From the NCBI GenBank assembly GCA_016765135.1, contig JAESQN010000044.1, positions 1 to 64,000 on the forward strand: DNA of 64,000 bases. Direction: 5' to 3'. Every line of letters begins with the position of its first letter. Position 1 is the first letter of the stretch. The notes below the pieces were generated by a model, which saw only the letters and a program-made list of their open reading frames with translations, was not told the DNA's origin and made no database searches. Made by a program: the position numbers and the translations under genes. Positions 48,785-58,546 of this stretch are shown here, in pieces. This stretch comes from Robiginitomaculum sp. (GTDB taxonomy: Bacteria; Pseudomonadota; Alphaproteobacteria; Caulobacterales; Maricaulaceae).

Positions 48785-49963
48785 ATGACTATATCTATGC
48801 CGACCGTTAAACCGGTTGATGGACGGTTTTCGCCTGGGCCTTCTCGTAAGCGTCCTGGCTGGACACCCGATTTTCTTAAAGATGCGGCGCTTGGCCGTTC
48901 TCACCGCAGCCCGCTGGGCAAGCAGGTGCTTAAAGAAGTTATCGACCTTTCCCGCGAAGTTTTGCAAGTGCCGGATACCCACCGCATTGCCATTGTGCCA
49001 GCCTCCGATACGGGTGCAGTTGAAATGGCCATGTGGTCAATGCTCGGGCCACGGGGTGTTGATGTGGCGGCTTGGGAGAACTTTGGCTATGCTTGGATTA
49101 CCGATGCCGAAAGCCAATTACCGCTGGAAGATTTACGGATTTTTAAAGCCGATTACGGTCAGTTGCCAGACCTTTCCCAATATACAGGTGATCGGGATTT
49201 GGTGTTTACCTGGAACGGTACGACCGGCGGGGTACGGGTTCCCAATGCGGATTTTATTCCAGCTGATCGGCAAGGTGTCACCATATGTGATGCTACGTCT
49301 GCGGCGTTCGCTCAAGAATTGCCTTGGGACAAGCTGGATGTGACCACTTATTCTTGGCAGAAAAACATGGGCGGGGAAGCTGGTCACGGCATGATCATTC
49401 TGTCGCCCCATGCCGTTAAGCGCCTAGAAAGCTATACGCCGCCTTGGCCTCTGCCAAAGATTTTTCGCATGACCAAAAACGGTAAGCTGATCGAGAGCTT
49501 GTTTGAAGGTTCGACCCTAAACACACCGTCTTTGATGTGCGCCGAAGATCATATCGAAACTTTGAAATGGGTGCGCGACCAAGGTGGCAAAAAGGGCGGC
49601 TTACAGTGGATGCATGACCGGGCGGATGAAAATTTCGCCTTTCTGCAAGACTGGATGGACAAAACACCGTGGATTGAAAATCTGTGTGCGGTGCCCGGGC
49701 AACGCTCAAATACGGGCGTATGTATGAAAATCATTGATCCGCGCTTTTTGGCGCTGGACGCTGCCGGGCAATCGGCCTTTGCGGCGGGGATTGTCAAGAT
49801 AATCAGTGATTTGGGCGTAGCCTATGATTTTGGTTCCTACCGCACCGCGCCTCCCGGCTTTCGGGTTTGGGCGTCTGGTTTGATCGGTAAACAGGATATT
49901 GAACGCCTGATCCCGTGGCTGGAATGGGGTTTTGAAACCCAAGCTGCCGCCACTTTTAATTAA
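48785..49963 (+). CDS. serC: phosphoserine aminotransferase (long alphaproteobacterial type)
   Basis: N-terminus MTISMPTVKPVDGRFSPGPSRKRPGW; 392 aa. ATG at 48785 with GGAGA RBS; precedes serA. Confidence 0.85.
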   Translation: MTISMPTVKPVDGRFSPGPSRKRPGWTPDFLKDAALGRSHRSPLGKQVLKEVIDLSREVLQVPDTHRIAIVPASDTGAVEMAMWSMLGPRGVDVAAWENFGYAWITDAESQLPLEDLRIFKADYGQLPDLSQYTGDRDLVFTWNGTTGGVRVPNADFIPADRQGVTICDATSAAFAQELPWDKLDVTTYSWQKNMGGEAGHGMIILSPHAVKRLESYTPPWPLPKIFRMTKNGKLIESLFEGSTLNTPSLMCAEDHIETLKWVRDQGGKKGGLQWMHDRADENFAFLQDWMDKTPWIENLCAVPGQRSNTGVCMKIIDPRFLALDAAGQSAFAAGIVKIISDLGVAYDFGSYRTAPPGFRVWASGLIGKQDIERLIPWLEWGFETQAAATFN

Positions 49964-49986
49964 ATTATTTTATAAGGAGAACGCTC

Positions 49987-51561
49987 ATGGTTAGAGTGTT
50001 AATTGCTGACAAAATGTCAGATGAAGCTAGACGTGTATTTAAAAACAGAGGTGTTGATGTTGACGTCATCACCGGACTTTCCAAAGACGAGTTGATCAAG
50101 ATCATCCCCGAATACGACGGGCTGGCGGTGCGTTCAAGCACCAGGCCGGACGCGGATATCATAGGGGCGGCGACAAATTTGAAAGTCATAGGCCGGGCCG
50201 GTATAGGCACGGACAATATCGACAAAAAAGCCGCCACGGCTCGCGGTATTGTGGTCATGAACACCCCCTTTGGCAATGCGATCACCACGGCGGAACATGC
50301 TCTGGCATTGTTGCTTTCGTGTGCACGGCAAATCCCGGCGGCTTCAGTTCGCACCCAAGCGGGCGAATGGCCCAAGGCGGATTTCAAGGGCATTGAGCTT
50401 TATAACAAGACGCTGGGCATTATTGGGTGCGGCAATATTGGCGCACTGGTGGCTGAACGGGCTTTGGCGCTCAAGATGAAAGTCATCGCCTTTGACCCAT
50501 ATCTAACACCGGAGCGGGCCGTGGCTCTGGGTGTGGAGAAGGTCGAGCTTGACGATATCTTCACGCGCTCTGATGCCATCACCTTACACACACCGCTTAC
50601 GGACGGCACACGGGGCATTATCAGCCGCGAAGCTTTGGCCAAGACCAAGCCGGGGCTTATACTGGTCAATGCGGCCCGTGGTGGTTTGGTTGACGAAGTC
50701 GCCCTTAAAGAATTTCTTGAGAGCGGTCATATACGTGCCGCCGCTCTGGATGTGTTCGAAAGCGAGCCGGCCAAGGAAAACCCTTTGTTCGGAACCAAAA
50801 ACTTTATCGCCACACCGCATCTCGGCGCGTCCACACTGGAAGCCCAGGAAAATGTCGCCGTGCAAGTGGCCGAGCAAATGGCGGATTTCCTGTTGAGCGG
50901 TGCTGTGACCAACGCGCTCAACATGCCATCTATTAGCGCCGAAGAAGCGCCGCGTCTAAAGCCCTTTGTGGATTTGGCTGAAAAGCTTGGCGCACTGACC
51001 GGGCAATTACTTGAAGAGCCGATCAAGGCGGTTGAGTTTTGCTATATGGGCGATGTGGCCGACCTTAATACCAAACCCATGACGGCTGCCGCTTTGGCGG
51101 GCCTGTTGTCGCCGATGATGAGCGAGGTCAATATGGTCTCCGCACCTGCAATCGCCGCTGACCGGGGCATTGATGTCAAAGAGTCTACCTGTGACGATGC
51201 AGAGAACCAGGATAATCTAATCAAGCTGATTATTGAGCTGGGCACGCGGACAGTAGAAGTCACCGGGTCACTTTACGGCGGGGAACCGCGCTTGCTCAAC
51301 CTGTTTGGTGTGTCTATGGATGCAGCCTTTACGCCGAACATGCTTTATGTTCGAAACGAAGACAAACCCGGATTTATCGGAGCTTTGGGTACGCTTTTGG
51401 GCGACAATAAAGTCAATATAGCTACGTTCTTCCTTGGCCGCGATGCCCAGGGCGGGCGGGCGATTTGTCTGGTGTCCATTGACGGGCCGGTGGACGCAAA
51501 AATTGAGGACGCAGTTCGCAGTATCGATCAGGTAAAGTTTGCCAAGGCGCTCAGTTTTTAA
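49987..51561 (+). CDS. serA: D-3-phosphoglycerate dehydrogenase with C-terminal ACT domain
   Basis: GxGxxG NAD site GIIGCGNIGALVA, catalytic RGG…D…H, ~524 aa with ASB/ACT regulatory domains. Confidence 0.9.
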   Translation: MVRVLIADKMSDEARRVFKNRGVDVDVITGLSKDELIKIIPEYDGLAVRSSTRPDADIIGAATNLKVIGRAGIGTDNIDKKAATARGIVVMNTPFGNAITTAEHALALLLSCARQIPAASVRTQAGEWPKADFKGIELYNKTLGIIGCGNIGALVAERALALKMKVIAFDPYLTPERAVALGVEKVELDDIFTRSDAITLHTPLTDGTRGIISREALAKTKPGLILVNAARGGLVDEVALKEFLESGHIRAAALDVFESEPAKENPLFGTKNFIATPHLGASTLEAQENVAVQVAEQMADFLLSGAVTNALNMPSISAEEAPRLKPFVDLAEKLGALTGQLLEEPIKAVEFCYMGDVADLNTKPMTAAALAGLLSPMMSEVNMVSAPAIAADRGIDVKESTCDDAENQDNLIKLIIELGTRTVEVTGSLYGGEPRLLNLFGVSMDAAFTPNMLYVRNEDKPGFIGALGTLLGDNKVNIATFFLGRDAQGGRAICLVSIDGPVDAKIEDAVRSIDQVKFAKALSF

Positions 51562-51631
51562 TTTGGAAAATTACCTGCACAAAGCTAAATTCGTGTGTTA
51601 GAAATTCGTAAGAGTCTACACGGGGGTATAT

Positions 51632-52234
51632 ATGAAGACGTTATTTTTGTCAGCCACACTGATGTGCGGCTTGACAGGATTTGGTGCGACATCGGCGCAG
51701 GCGGATGAAATTAGGCCTGGTGTCATGATACATGATTCCAAACTTTTTGATGGTGTGTTTGGCGGTCTCCACGGCAAGGAACAGAGCATATCTGTAACCG
51801 GGGAGTATATTTTCAAGTCACCGGATTGGTTGTCTTGGGCCTACAGCCCGAAACCATTTGTAGGCGGGTCGCTCAATTTGGGTGGTCAAACTTCATTTGG
51901 CGGTGCGGGATTGTTATGGCGTCATGACTTCCAAAACAGGTATTACGCCGATTTAGGTTTTGGTCTTGTGGTACATAATGGGGTTATCCGAACGCCAGAT
52001 CCACTTTTATCAACCGACCTTGCAGAGGTTTTACTGCTGCTGCGGCGCAAAATTACTGAGATTGAGTTTGGTGCCCGGTATTTGTTTCGCACTCAATTCG
52101 CTTTTGGCTACCGATTTAATGAAAAATGGGCTGGTGAAATAGCTTATGAGCATTTAAGTCATGGTCAGATACTGGGCGGCCCGGAGAATGAAGGTCTTAA
52201 TAATATTGGTTTTCGCGTTGCCCGCAGGTTTTAG
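51632..52234 (+). CDS. outer-membrane acyloxyacyl hydrolase, lipid A 3-O-deacylase (PagL)-like
   Basis: Signal peptide, ~170-aa barrel, C-terminal H..SHG…F (EHLSHGQILGG…GFRVARRF) matching the PagL His/Ser arrangement. Confidence 0.6.
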   Translation: MKTLFLSATLMCGLTGFGATSAQADEIRPGVMIHDSKLFDGVFGGLHGKEQSISVTGEYIFKSPDWLSWAYSPKPFVGGSLNLGGQTSFGGAGLLWRHDFQNRYYADLGFGLVVHNGVIRTPDPLLSTDLAEVLLLLRRKITEIEFGARYLFRTQFAFGYRFNEKWAGEIAYEHLSHGQILGGPENEGLNNIGFRVARRF

Positions 52235-52255
52235 TTTTTATCAAAGGATGTTATA

Positions 52256-53548
52256 GTGGCAAATGTTGTTGTAGTCGGCTCTCAATGGGGTGATGAGGGT
52301 AAGGGTAAGATTGTTGACTGGTTGTCAAACCGGGCAGATGTGATTGTTCGTTTCCAAGGCGGGCATAATGCGGGGCATACCCTTGTTATTGATGGTACGG
52401 TTTATAAATTATCGCTTCTGCCTTCGGGTGTGGTGCGCGGTGACAAGTTATCCGTCATTGGGAACGGCGTTGTGGTAGACCCTTGGGCATTAGTCGATGA
52501 GATGGCCCGTGTCCGCAAACAGGGTATTAAAATTACATCTGACAATTTAATTATCTCTGAAACCGCGACTTTGATCTTGCCCATTCACGGCGAGCTAGAC
52601 GCCATCCGCGAGAACCGCACGGACGGGATTAAGATCGGTACGACCAAACGCGGTATCGGCCCGGCTTATGAAGACAAAGTGGCGCGGCGAGCTATCCGTG
52701 TTTGCGACCTGGCGGACGAAGCCGGACTGACGGCCCGTGTCGCCAATCTCTTGCATCACCATAATGCCCTGCGTCAGGGGTTGGGGCATGGCCCTGCTGA
52801 TGCGGACGAATTGACCCAAAAATTGCTGGAAATCGCACCCAAAATATTGCCGTTCGCAGGCCCCGTATGGCACGAACTTGACAAAGCATCGCGTGCGGAT
52901 AAGCGCATTTTGTTCGAAGGCGCCCAGGGTGCCATGCTGGATATTGACCACGGTACATATCCATTTGTTACATCTTCCAACACCATAGCCGGACAAGCTG
53001 CGGGCGGTTCCGGCATGGGGCCACGGGCTTTGTCTTATGTTTTGGGTATCACCAAAGCTTACACAACCCGTGTGGGTGAGGGGCCTTTCCCGACTGAACT
53101 GTTTGATGATGTCGGGCAACGTCTTGGTGAGCGCGGCCATGAATTTGGCACGGTGACTGGGCGGCAAAGACGTTGCGGTTGGTTTGACGCGGTCATGGTG
53201 CGCCAAGCTATCACCATTGGTGGTATAGACGGCATTGCGCTGACCAAAATTGACGTGCTGGACGGCATGCCGGAGATTAAGATATGCATCGGCTATAAAC
53301 TGGGCGATCAACGCCTGCGCCGTTTCCCGGCCAGTGCCGCTGACCAAGCCGCCGTAGAGCCGATTTACGAGACCATGGAAGGCTGGAGCGACACCACAGT
53401 TGGCGCACGCACCACGGCTGACCTCCCGGCCCAAGCCATTAAATACATCCGCCGCCTCGAAGAACTAATAGGTGTCCCCGCCGCCATGATCTCAACCTCG
53501 CCAGAACGCGAAGATACGATTTTGATGCGGGATCCGTTTAAGGCTTAG
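52256..53548 (+). CDS. purA: adenylosuccinate synthetase
   Basis: [10 protein letters not shown]-loop, [19 protein letters not shown], 430 aa. Confidence 0.95.
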   Translation: MANVVVVGSQWGDEGKGKIVDWLSNRADVIVRFQGGHNAGHTLVIDGTVYKLSLLPSGVVRGDKLSVIGNGVVVDPWALVDEMARVRKQGIKITSDNLIISETATLILPIHGELDAIRENRTDGIKIGTTKRGIGPAYEDKVARRAIRVCDLADEAGLTARVANLLHHHNALRQGLGHGPADADELTQKLLEIAPKILPFAGPVWHELDKASRADKRILFEGAQGAMLDIDHGTYPFVTSSNTIAGQAAGGSGMGPRALSYVLGITKAYTTRVGEGPFPTELFDDVGQRLGERGHEFGTVTGRQRRCGWFDAVMVRQAITIGGIDGIALTKIDVLDGMPEIKICIGYKLGDQRLRRFPASAADQAAVEPIYETMEGWSDTTVGARTTADLPAQAIKYIRRLEELIGVPAAMISTSPEREDTILMRDPFKA

Positions 53549-53650
53549 TCCTTTGCAGCCAATCCCAACTTTTGATTGCTTTTCATACTTCGTATAATTA
53601 CCATTTAGAGTAAGCTTCGGCGTAGTTGTGAGTTTTATGGGGAGGGGGTT

Positions 53651-56197
53651 TTGGGCTGGATTGTTGATAAGTGGAATTCCTTAAGTGAGCCTTGGCAAAC
53701 TACCTGGACCAGTATTGCTATACCCAGCATTGCTATCCCGATTATTATTGCTGTTGTACTGTGGCTTGTACGTCGAAATAAACAAAAAATATCACCTCCC
53801 TTACCACAAACGCCTCCTTTACCCGCGCCAAAACCCACACCAGAGGTCAAAAAAGCAAAGTTAAAAATCGATATATCCCGCCTGCCTGTGACGGACGCGA
53901 AATTGTATGGGCGGGAGAGAGAGCTTACTATGCTACGTACAGCATGGGCGGAAGGGCATAGTAATATTGTTACCCTGATTGCAATGGGCGGTGCTGGCAA
54001 GACGGCTTTGTTGAACACATGGCTCGACCAGCTTGGCGCAGGTTACGGTGGTGCGGAGCGGGTGTTTGGCTGGTCATTTTACCGTCAAGGGGCAAGCGGT
54101 GAAGCGCAGGCGTCTGCGGATTTGTTTTTCGATACGGCCTTGGCATGGTTTGGCTATACGGGCGACCCACTTAAATCGGCCTATGATAAAGGTTTGAAAC
54201 TTGCCGAGTATGTGAACAAGTATAAAACCTTGCTCGTGCTTGATGGGGTGGAGCCATTGCAGCATCCGCTCGGTGTCATGAACGGGGCTTTGAAAGATCA
54301 AGGTCTGGAGGCTTTGATCAAACAACTTTCCGCAAATAATCCCGGTATGTTGCTGATTTCGAGCCGGGTAGACATTCATGAAATTCAGGGCAAAACCAAG
54401 CCCGCCGTGATCCAGCACAAATTGGGCAAATTGACCCGCAAAGCCGGTGCGCAATTCCTTAAATCCCTGGGCGTGACAGGTACTATAGCGGAAATGCAAA
54501 AAGCGGTAGGCGAATTTGGTGGCCATGCTTTGGCCCTTAAATTATTGGGGAATTGGCTAGTTCTGCAAGGCGAGGGGCAAGGTGGAGATATCGCCCAGCG
54601 CGATACAATTCCGCCTTTGCTAGATCTTCCTGATGATGGTGGCCATGCGGTGCGGGTTATGCAAGCCTATGAAAGCCAGTTGGCGGGTACGGCTGACCTT
54701 GCGGGGTTGTTCATGGTCGGTCTGTTTGACCGCCCGGCGCCAGAAGGTGCCATTGATGTACTCATGGCCAAGCCAGTTATCGCCGGATTAACGGACAGAT
54801 TGGTCGATTTGAAACCGGGGCAATGGCAATCTGTATTGGTTCATTTGCGGGATTTAGGCTTGCTCAACCGCAATGACGACCCTGGGGACACGGCTCTGGA
54901 TGCCCATCCATTGGTGCGGGAATATTTTGGGGCGCGGTTGAAACAGCAGAACAGCGCGGCATATACCGAAGCCCATTCGAGGCTGTATGCATATTACAAG
55001 AACAGCGACCAACCACTGCCCGAAACCCTGGCAGAAATGGAACCCCTATTCGCCGCGATCGCCCATGGCTGCGCGGCAGGCAAACACCAGGAGGTGTTTG
55101 ATGAGGTTTATTACAAAAGGATTTCGCGGGGTGGAGAAACCGACTTTATAGGTAAGCAATTGGGCGGGTTTGGCGCTGATTTAGCGGCATTGTCATATTT
55201 TTTTGATACACCTTGGCACACGCCGTTTGAAAATTTGACTGGCTCGTGGAAAGCATTTGCTTTAGGTGCCGCAGGGTATCGCTTGCGGGCCTTGGGACGG
55301 TTACGGGAAGCTGTAGCCCCGATGCTGGCCGGTTTGGATATGGAAAAATCTCGGGGAGATTGGATAAACGCCGCGAGAGCCGCCGGGAATTTAAGCGAAC
55401 TTCATTTAACGCTTGGTGATGTGCAACAAGCCGTAACCTTCGCCCAAGACAGCGTGAAATTTGCCGACGGTAGCGAAGACGTTGATCAAATAATGTTGCG
55501 CCGAATCACTCATGCCAATGCCTTGCATCAGGCGGGGCAAGGTGATGCGGCACTGGCATTGTTTCAAAAGGTCGAAGCCATGCAGGTGGCAAGAGAAAAA
55601 GAACAGCCCTATTTGTATTTTGTTCAAGGTTATCAATATTGTGATCTGCTTTTATCCATGGGGCAATATGATGAGGTTAGAGAACGGGCAACACAGACAT
55701 TGGAGTTGGCGAAAAATCACAATCAGTTATTAGATATTGCTCTCGATACCCTGTCCCTTGGCCGTGTGGCGTTAGCGCAAGTCCTCAATAAAAAGGATGA
55801 GGGTTTTACCTCTGCTACCACATATCTGGATGTTGCCATAAATGGCCTGCGTGCAGCAGGTCAACAACAATATCTCCCGAACGGCCTCCTTGCCCGTGCA
55901 GAATGTTACCGGCACCGGGGCATGTTCACCCAGGCCGAAACTGATCTTGCGGAAGTCTTTGAGCTTTCAACCCGCTCCGGCATGCGGCTATTTCTTACCG
56001 ATGCCCATCTGGAAGCGGCGCGGCTGGCGCTGGCGCTAGCGGCGGGCAAGACGGTCTGTGGCCACGACGCCGCCTATCATATCCAACAGGCGGCCAGTTT
56101 GATCAAAACCACAGGCTATACCCTATACCCGCCGCCTCCCGGCGCTTCGGGCATTGCAGAGGGGGTAGGGACTGGCGTCATTTTACCTGCTGTTTGA
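53651..56197 (+). CDS. STAND-class P-loop NTPase (NB-ARC/NACHT-like) with N-terminal TM anchor, Pro-rich linker and C-terminal TPR-like repeats
   Basis: TTG start with GGGGAGGGGG RBS; TM helix IAIPSIAIPIIIAVVLWLV; Walker A MGGAGKTAL; Walker B LLVLDGVEPL; long helical-repeat C-terminus. Confidence 0.65.
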   Translation: MGWIVDKWNSLSEPWQTTWTSIAIPSIAIPIIIAVVLWLVRRNKQKISPPLPQTPPLPAPKPTPEVKKAKLKIDISRLPVTDAKLYGRERELTMLRTAWAEGHSNIVTLIAMGGAGKTALLNTWLDQLGAGYGGAERVFGWSFYRQGASGEAQASADLFFDTALAWFGYTGDPLKSAYDKGLKLAEYVNKYKTLLVLDGVEPLQHPLGVMNGALKDQGLEALIKQLSANNPGMLLISSRVDIHEIQGKTKPAVIQHKLGKLTRKAGAQFLKSLGVTGTIAEMQKAVGEFGGHALALKLLGNWLVLQGEGQGGDIAQRDTIPPLLDLPDDGGHAVRVMQAYESQLAGTADLAGLFMVGLFDRPAPEGAIDVLMAKPVIAGLTDRLVDLKPGQWQSVLVHLRDLGLLNRNDDPGDTALDAHPLVREYFGARLKQQNSAAYTEAHSRLYAYYKNSDQPLPETLAEMEPLFAAIAHGCAAGKHQEVFDEVYYKRISRGGETDFIGKQLGGFGADLAALSYFFDTPWHTPFENLTGSWKAFALGAAGYRLRALGRLREAVAPMLAGLDMEKSRGDWINAARAAGNLSELHLTLGDVQQAVTFAQDSVKFADGSEDVDQIMLRRITHANALHQAGQGDAALALFQKVEAMQVAREKEQPYLYFVQGYQYCDLLLSMGQYDEVRERATQTLELAKNHNQLLDIALDTLSLGRVALAQVLNKKDEGFTSATTYLDVAINGLRAAGQQQYLPNGLLARAECYRHRGMFTQAETDLAEVFELSTRSGMRLFLTDAHLEAARLALALAAGKTVCGHDAAYHIQQAASLIKTTGYTLYPPPPGASGIAEGVGTGVILPAV

Positions 56198-56282
56198 CCT
56201 CACGGGAATTCACAATGCTGTCAGGTCTGTCGTTTACGCTTGCCAGAGAAATTTGATGGCCATAGCGTGCCGAAAATTTTGA

Positions 56283-56326
56283 AGGCTGGTTAAAGGCTGG
56301 TTAAAGGCTGATTAAGGGCTGGTAAT
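56283..56326 (+). repeat. four tandem 11-bp repeats (AAGGCTGGTTA x2, AAGGCTGATTA, AGGGCTGGTAA) ending in the PiT start codon
   Basis: Read directly from the sequence; period 11 bp; the last unit contains ATG at 56325. Confidence 0.85.
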
Positions 56327-57296
56327 GGATATTTTGTTTTTTATCGTTGTTGCGGGTTTGGCGTTTGCCAATGGTGCTAACGACAACTTTAAAGGTGTGG
56401 CGACACTGTGGGGCGGCGGCGATCTTTCTTATCGTCAAGCCTGGTTTGTTGCCAACGGCGCGACCTTATTAGGGGCCGTCTTGGCGATTTATCTGGGTTC
56501 AGAAGTTGCCAAGACCTTCTCAGGGCGAGGGGTCGTGAATGCGGATGTTTTGAAAACTTGGAATTTTGCATTTGCCTTTGCTGCTGGTGCGGCTTTGACG
56601 GTGTTTTTGGCGACGTTTCTCCGCTATCCGATTTCAACCACCCATGCGATTTTAGGGTCGCTGGCCGGAGCGGGTGTAGCTTTATCATTTGGTGATGTGA
56701 ACTTACAACCATTGGTCAAGAGCGGGGCAATTCCGTTGCTTATGTCGCCGTTGATTGCGGGGCTGGCCACATTTGTATTGTGGAAATTGCGTAACTCGTT
56801 GTTTAAGTCTGTTTTTACCTCGAAACCAGCCGGAAAGATTAGCAAGCCTATGCACATACTTTCGGGTTCCGCCGTTTGTTTCTCGCGAGCGGTTAATGAC
56901 ACGCCTAAAATTGCGTCTATCGCATTGATCGGAAGCGCGGCAGGTATGAGCCATACGGTGGTTTATGCTGCGGTCGGTGTTGTCATGACCATAGGCGGCA
57001 TATTATACGTCCGGCGCATTGCCCATGTGATGTGCCGTGAAATCACCCAGATGAGCGCAGCAGAAGGTTTAACTGGAAATCTTGTTACCGCATTTTTGGT
57101 GATTTTTGCATCAAAATTCGGTTTGGCCGTGAGCACAACCCATGTATCCGTCGGTGCACTTATCGGGATTGGCACTGAAAATGGGTCGGGTAATAAGAAA
57201 AAGATATTCGAGATTTTGATGTCATGGGTGTTAACGTTGCCGACTTCATTCATTCTAGCATTTGCTATCGCTAAATTATTGGCTATATTGGGATAA
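56325..57296 (+). CDS. inorganic phosphate transporter, PiT (PHO4) family
   Basis: Duplicated GANDxxxxVAT motifs (ANGANDNFKGVATLWG and second half), ~10 TM, 323 aa. Confidence 0.8.
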   Translation: MDILFFIVVAGLAFANGANDNFKGVATLWGGGDLSYRQAWFVANGATLLGAVLAIYLGSEVAKTFSGRGVVNADVLKTWNFAFAFAAGAALTVFLATFLRYPISTTHAILGSLAGAGVALSFGDVNLQPLVKSGAIPLLMSPLIAGLATFVLWKLRNSLFKSVFTSKPAGKISKPMHILSGSAVCFSRAVNDTPKIASIALIGSAAGMSHTVVYAAVGVVMTIGGILYVRRIAHVMCREITQMSAAEGLTGNLVTAFLVIFASKFGLAVSTTHVSVGALIGIGTENGSGNKKKIFEILMSWVLTLPTSFILAFAIAKLLAILG

Positions 57297-57310
57297 ATAC
57301 GGAGATTAAA

Positions 57311-58537
57311 ATGGACGGACTTAACGATACACATTCTTCTGATTCTATAGAGGCCAATTCTGCGGGGGACAATTCTGTAGGAGGGACCAATGCGGATGTG
57401 CGCGGCGAGGTACAAGAACGCTATGCGGATGGTGCCAATGCCGTAGAGGCCGCGCTTTGTTGCCCCATAGACTATGATCCGCAATATTTGAAAATCATTC
57501 CTGATGAAGTCATTGAACGTGATTATGGATGCGGGGATCCGTCGCGTTATGTACGCGAGGGAGATGTGGTTTTGGACTTGGGTTCGGGCGGCGGCAAGAT
57601 ATGTTTTATTGCTTCGCAAATCGTTGGGCAAGAAGGCAAGGTTATTGGCATTGATATGACTGACGACATGCTGGAACTGGCCCGCACAAATGCACCGATT
57701 ATCGCCGAGCGGGTTGGGTATGCCAATGTGGAATTTAAGCGCGGGCATATTGAAGACCTCAAAACCGATTTGGACGAGTTGAATAAATGGTTGGCCAAAA
57801 ACCCGGTCAAAGATGCTGGCGGTATGGAAGCCATGGAAGCGGAAATCTTGCGCTTGCAAACCGAACTGCCGATGATACCGGATAATTCCGTTGATGTAAT
57901 TGTTTCAAATTGCGTGCTTAATTTGGTCTCGGACAGCAAGAAAAAGCAACTTTTCGCGGAAATGTTCCGGGTTTTGAAAGTCGGGGGCAGGGTGGCCGTG
58001 TCTGATATTATTTCCGACGAAGACAGCCCCGAAAGCCTCAAGCAAGACGCGCGGCTTTGGTCGGGTTGTATTTCCGGTGCGCTTACGGAAGAAGGCTTCG
58101 GAGAAGCATTGGAGCAGGCCGGGTTTCACGGTATCACTATAGATAAATTTGAAATGGAGCCGTGGCAAATCGTTGAGGGGATTGAATACCGCTCGGCGAC
58201 CTATTTGGCCTATAAGGGGAAACAGGGCGAGTGTTTGGAGAAAAACCAGGCGGTGATCTATCTCGGGCCGTGGCGCCATATTAAGGATGATGATGGCCAT
58301 GTGTTTAAGCGCGGGGTGCGCTCCGCCGTTTGTGCCAAGACATTTAATCTGTTGCAGCAAGAACCTTACGCAGGAAGTTTCGCCTATATTGAACCCGCCA
58401 TAGAAGTGACGGACAAGATAGATTTCCCGAATTGCGCCGTGCGCCGCCGCGACCCAAGTGAGACCAAAAGAGGTGCGCCAAAGCTTACCACTGATCCAAG
58501 CCAAGGGAATTCTAGCCAAAGTAGTTCATGTTGTTAG
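57311..58537 (+). CDS. arsM: arsenite S-adenosylmethionine methyltransferase (ArsM/AS3MT-like)
   Basis: SAM motif VLDLGSGGGKICFIAS. Conserved Cys arrangement of ArsM: CC (ALCCPIDYD), DYGCGDP, NCVLNL, WSGCISGAL. C-terminal Cys-rich tail. Confidence 0.6.
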   Translation: MDGLNDTHSSDSIEANSAGDNSVGGTNADVRGEVQERYADGANAVEAALCCPIDYDPQYLKIIPDEVIERDYGCGDPSRYVREGDVVLDLGSGGGKICFIASQIVGQEGKVIGIDMTDDMLELARTNAPIIAERVGYANVEFKRGHIEDLKTDLDELNKWLAKNPVKDAGGMEAMEAEILRLQTELPMIPDNSVDVIVSNCVLNLVSDSKKKQLFAEMFRVLKVGGRVAVSDIISDEDSPESLKQDARLWSGCISGALTEEGFGEALEQAGFHGITIDKFEMEPWQIVEGIEYRSATYLAYKGKQGECLEKNQAVIYLGPWRHIKDDDGHVFKRGVRSAVCAKTFNLLQQEPYAGSFAYIEPAIEVTDKIDFPNCAVRRRDPSETKRGAPKLTTDPSQGNSSQSSSCC

Positions 58538-58546
58538 GGTAAAGCT

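Noticed and set aside
52595-53434. 279-aa minus-strand ORF inside purA
   Set aside because: Antisense to a highly conserved purA.
57547-58519. 164- and 204-aa minus-strand ORFs inside the arsM-like gene
   Set aside because: Antisense shadow ORFs in a GC-rich gene.
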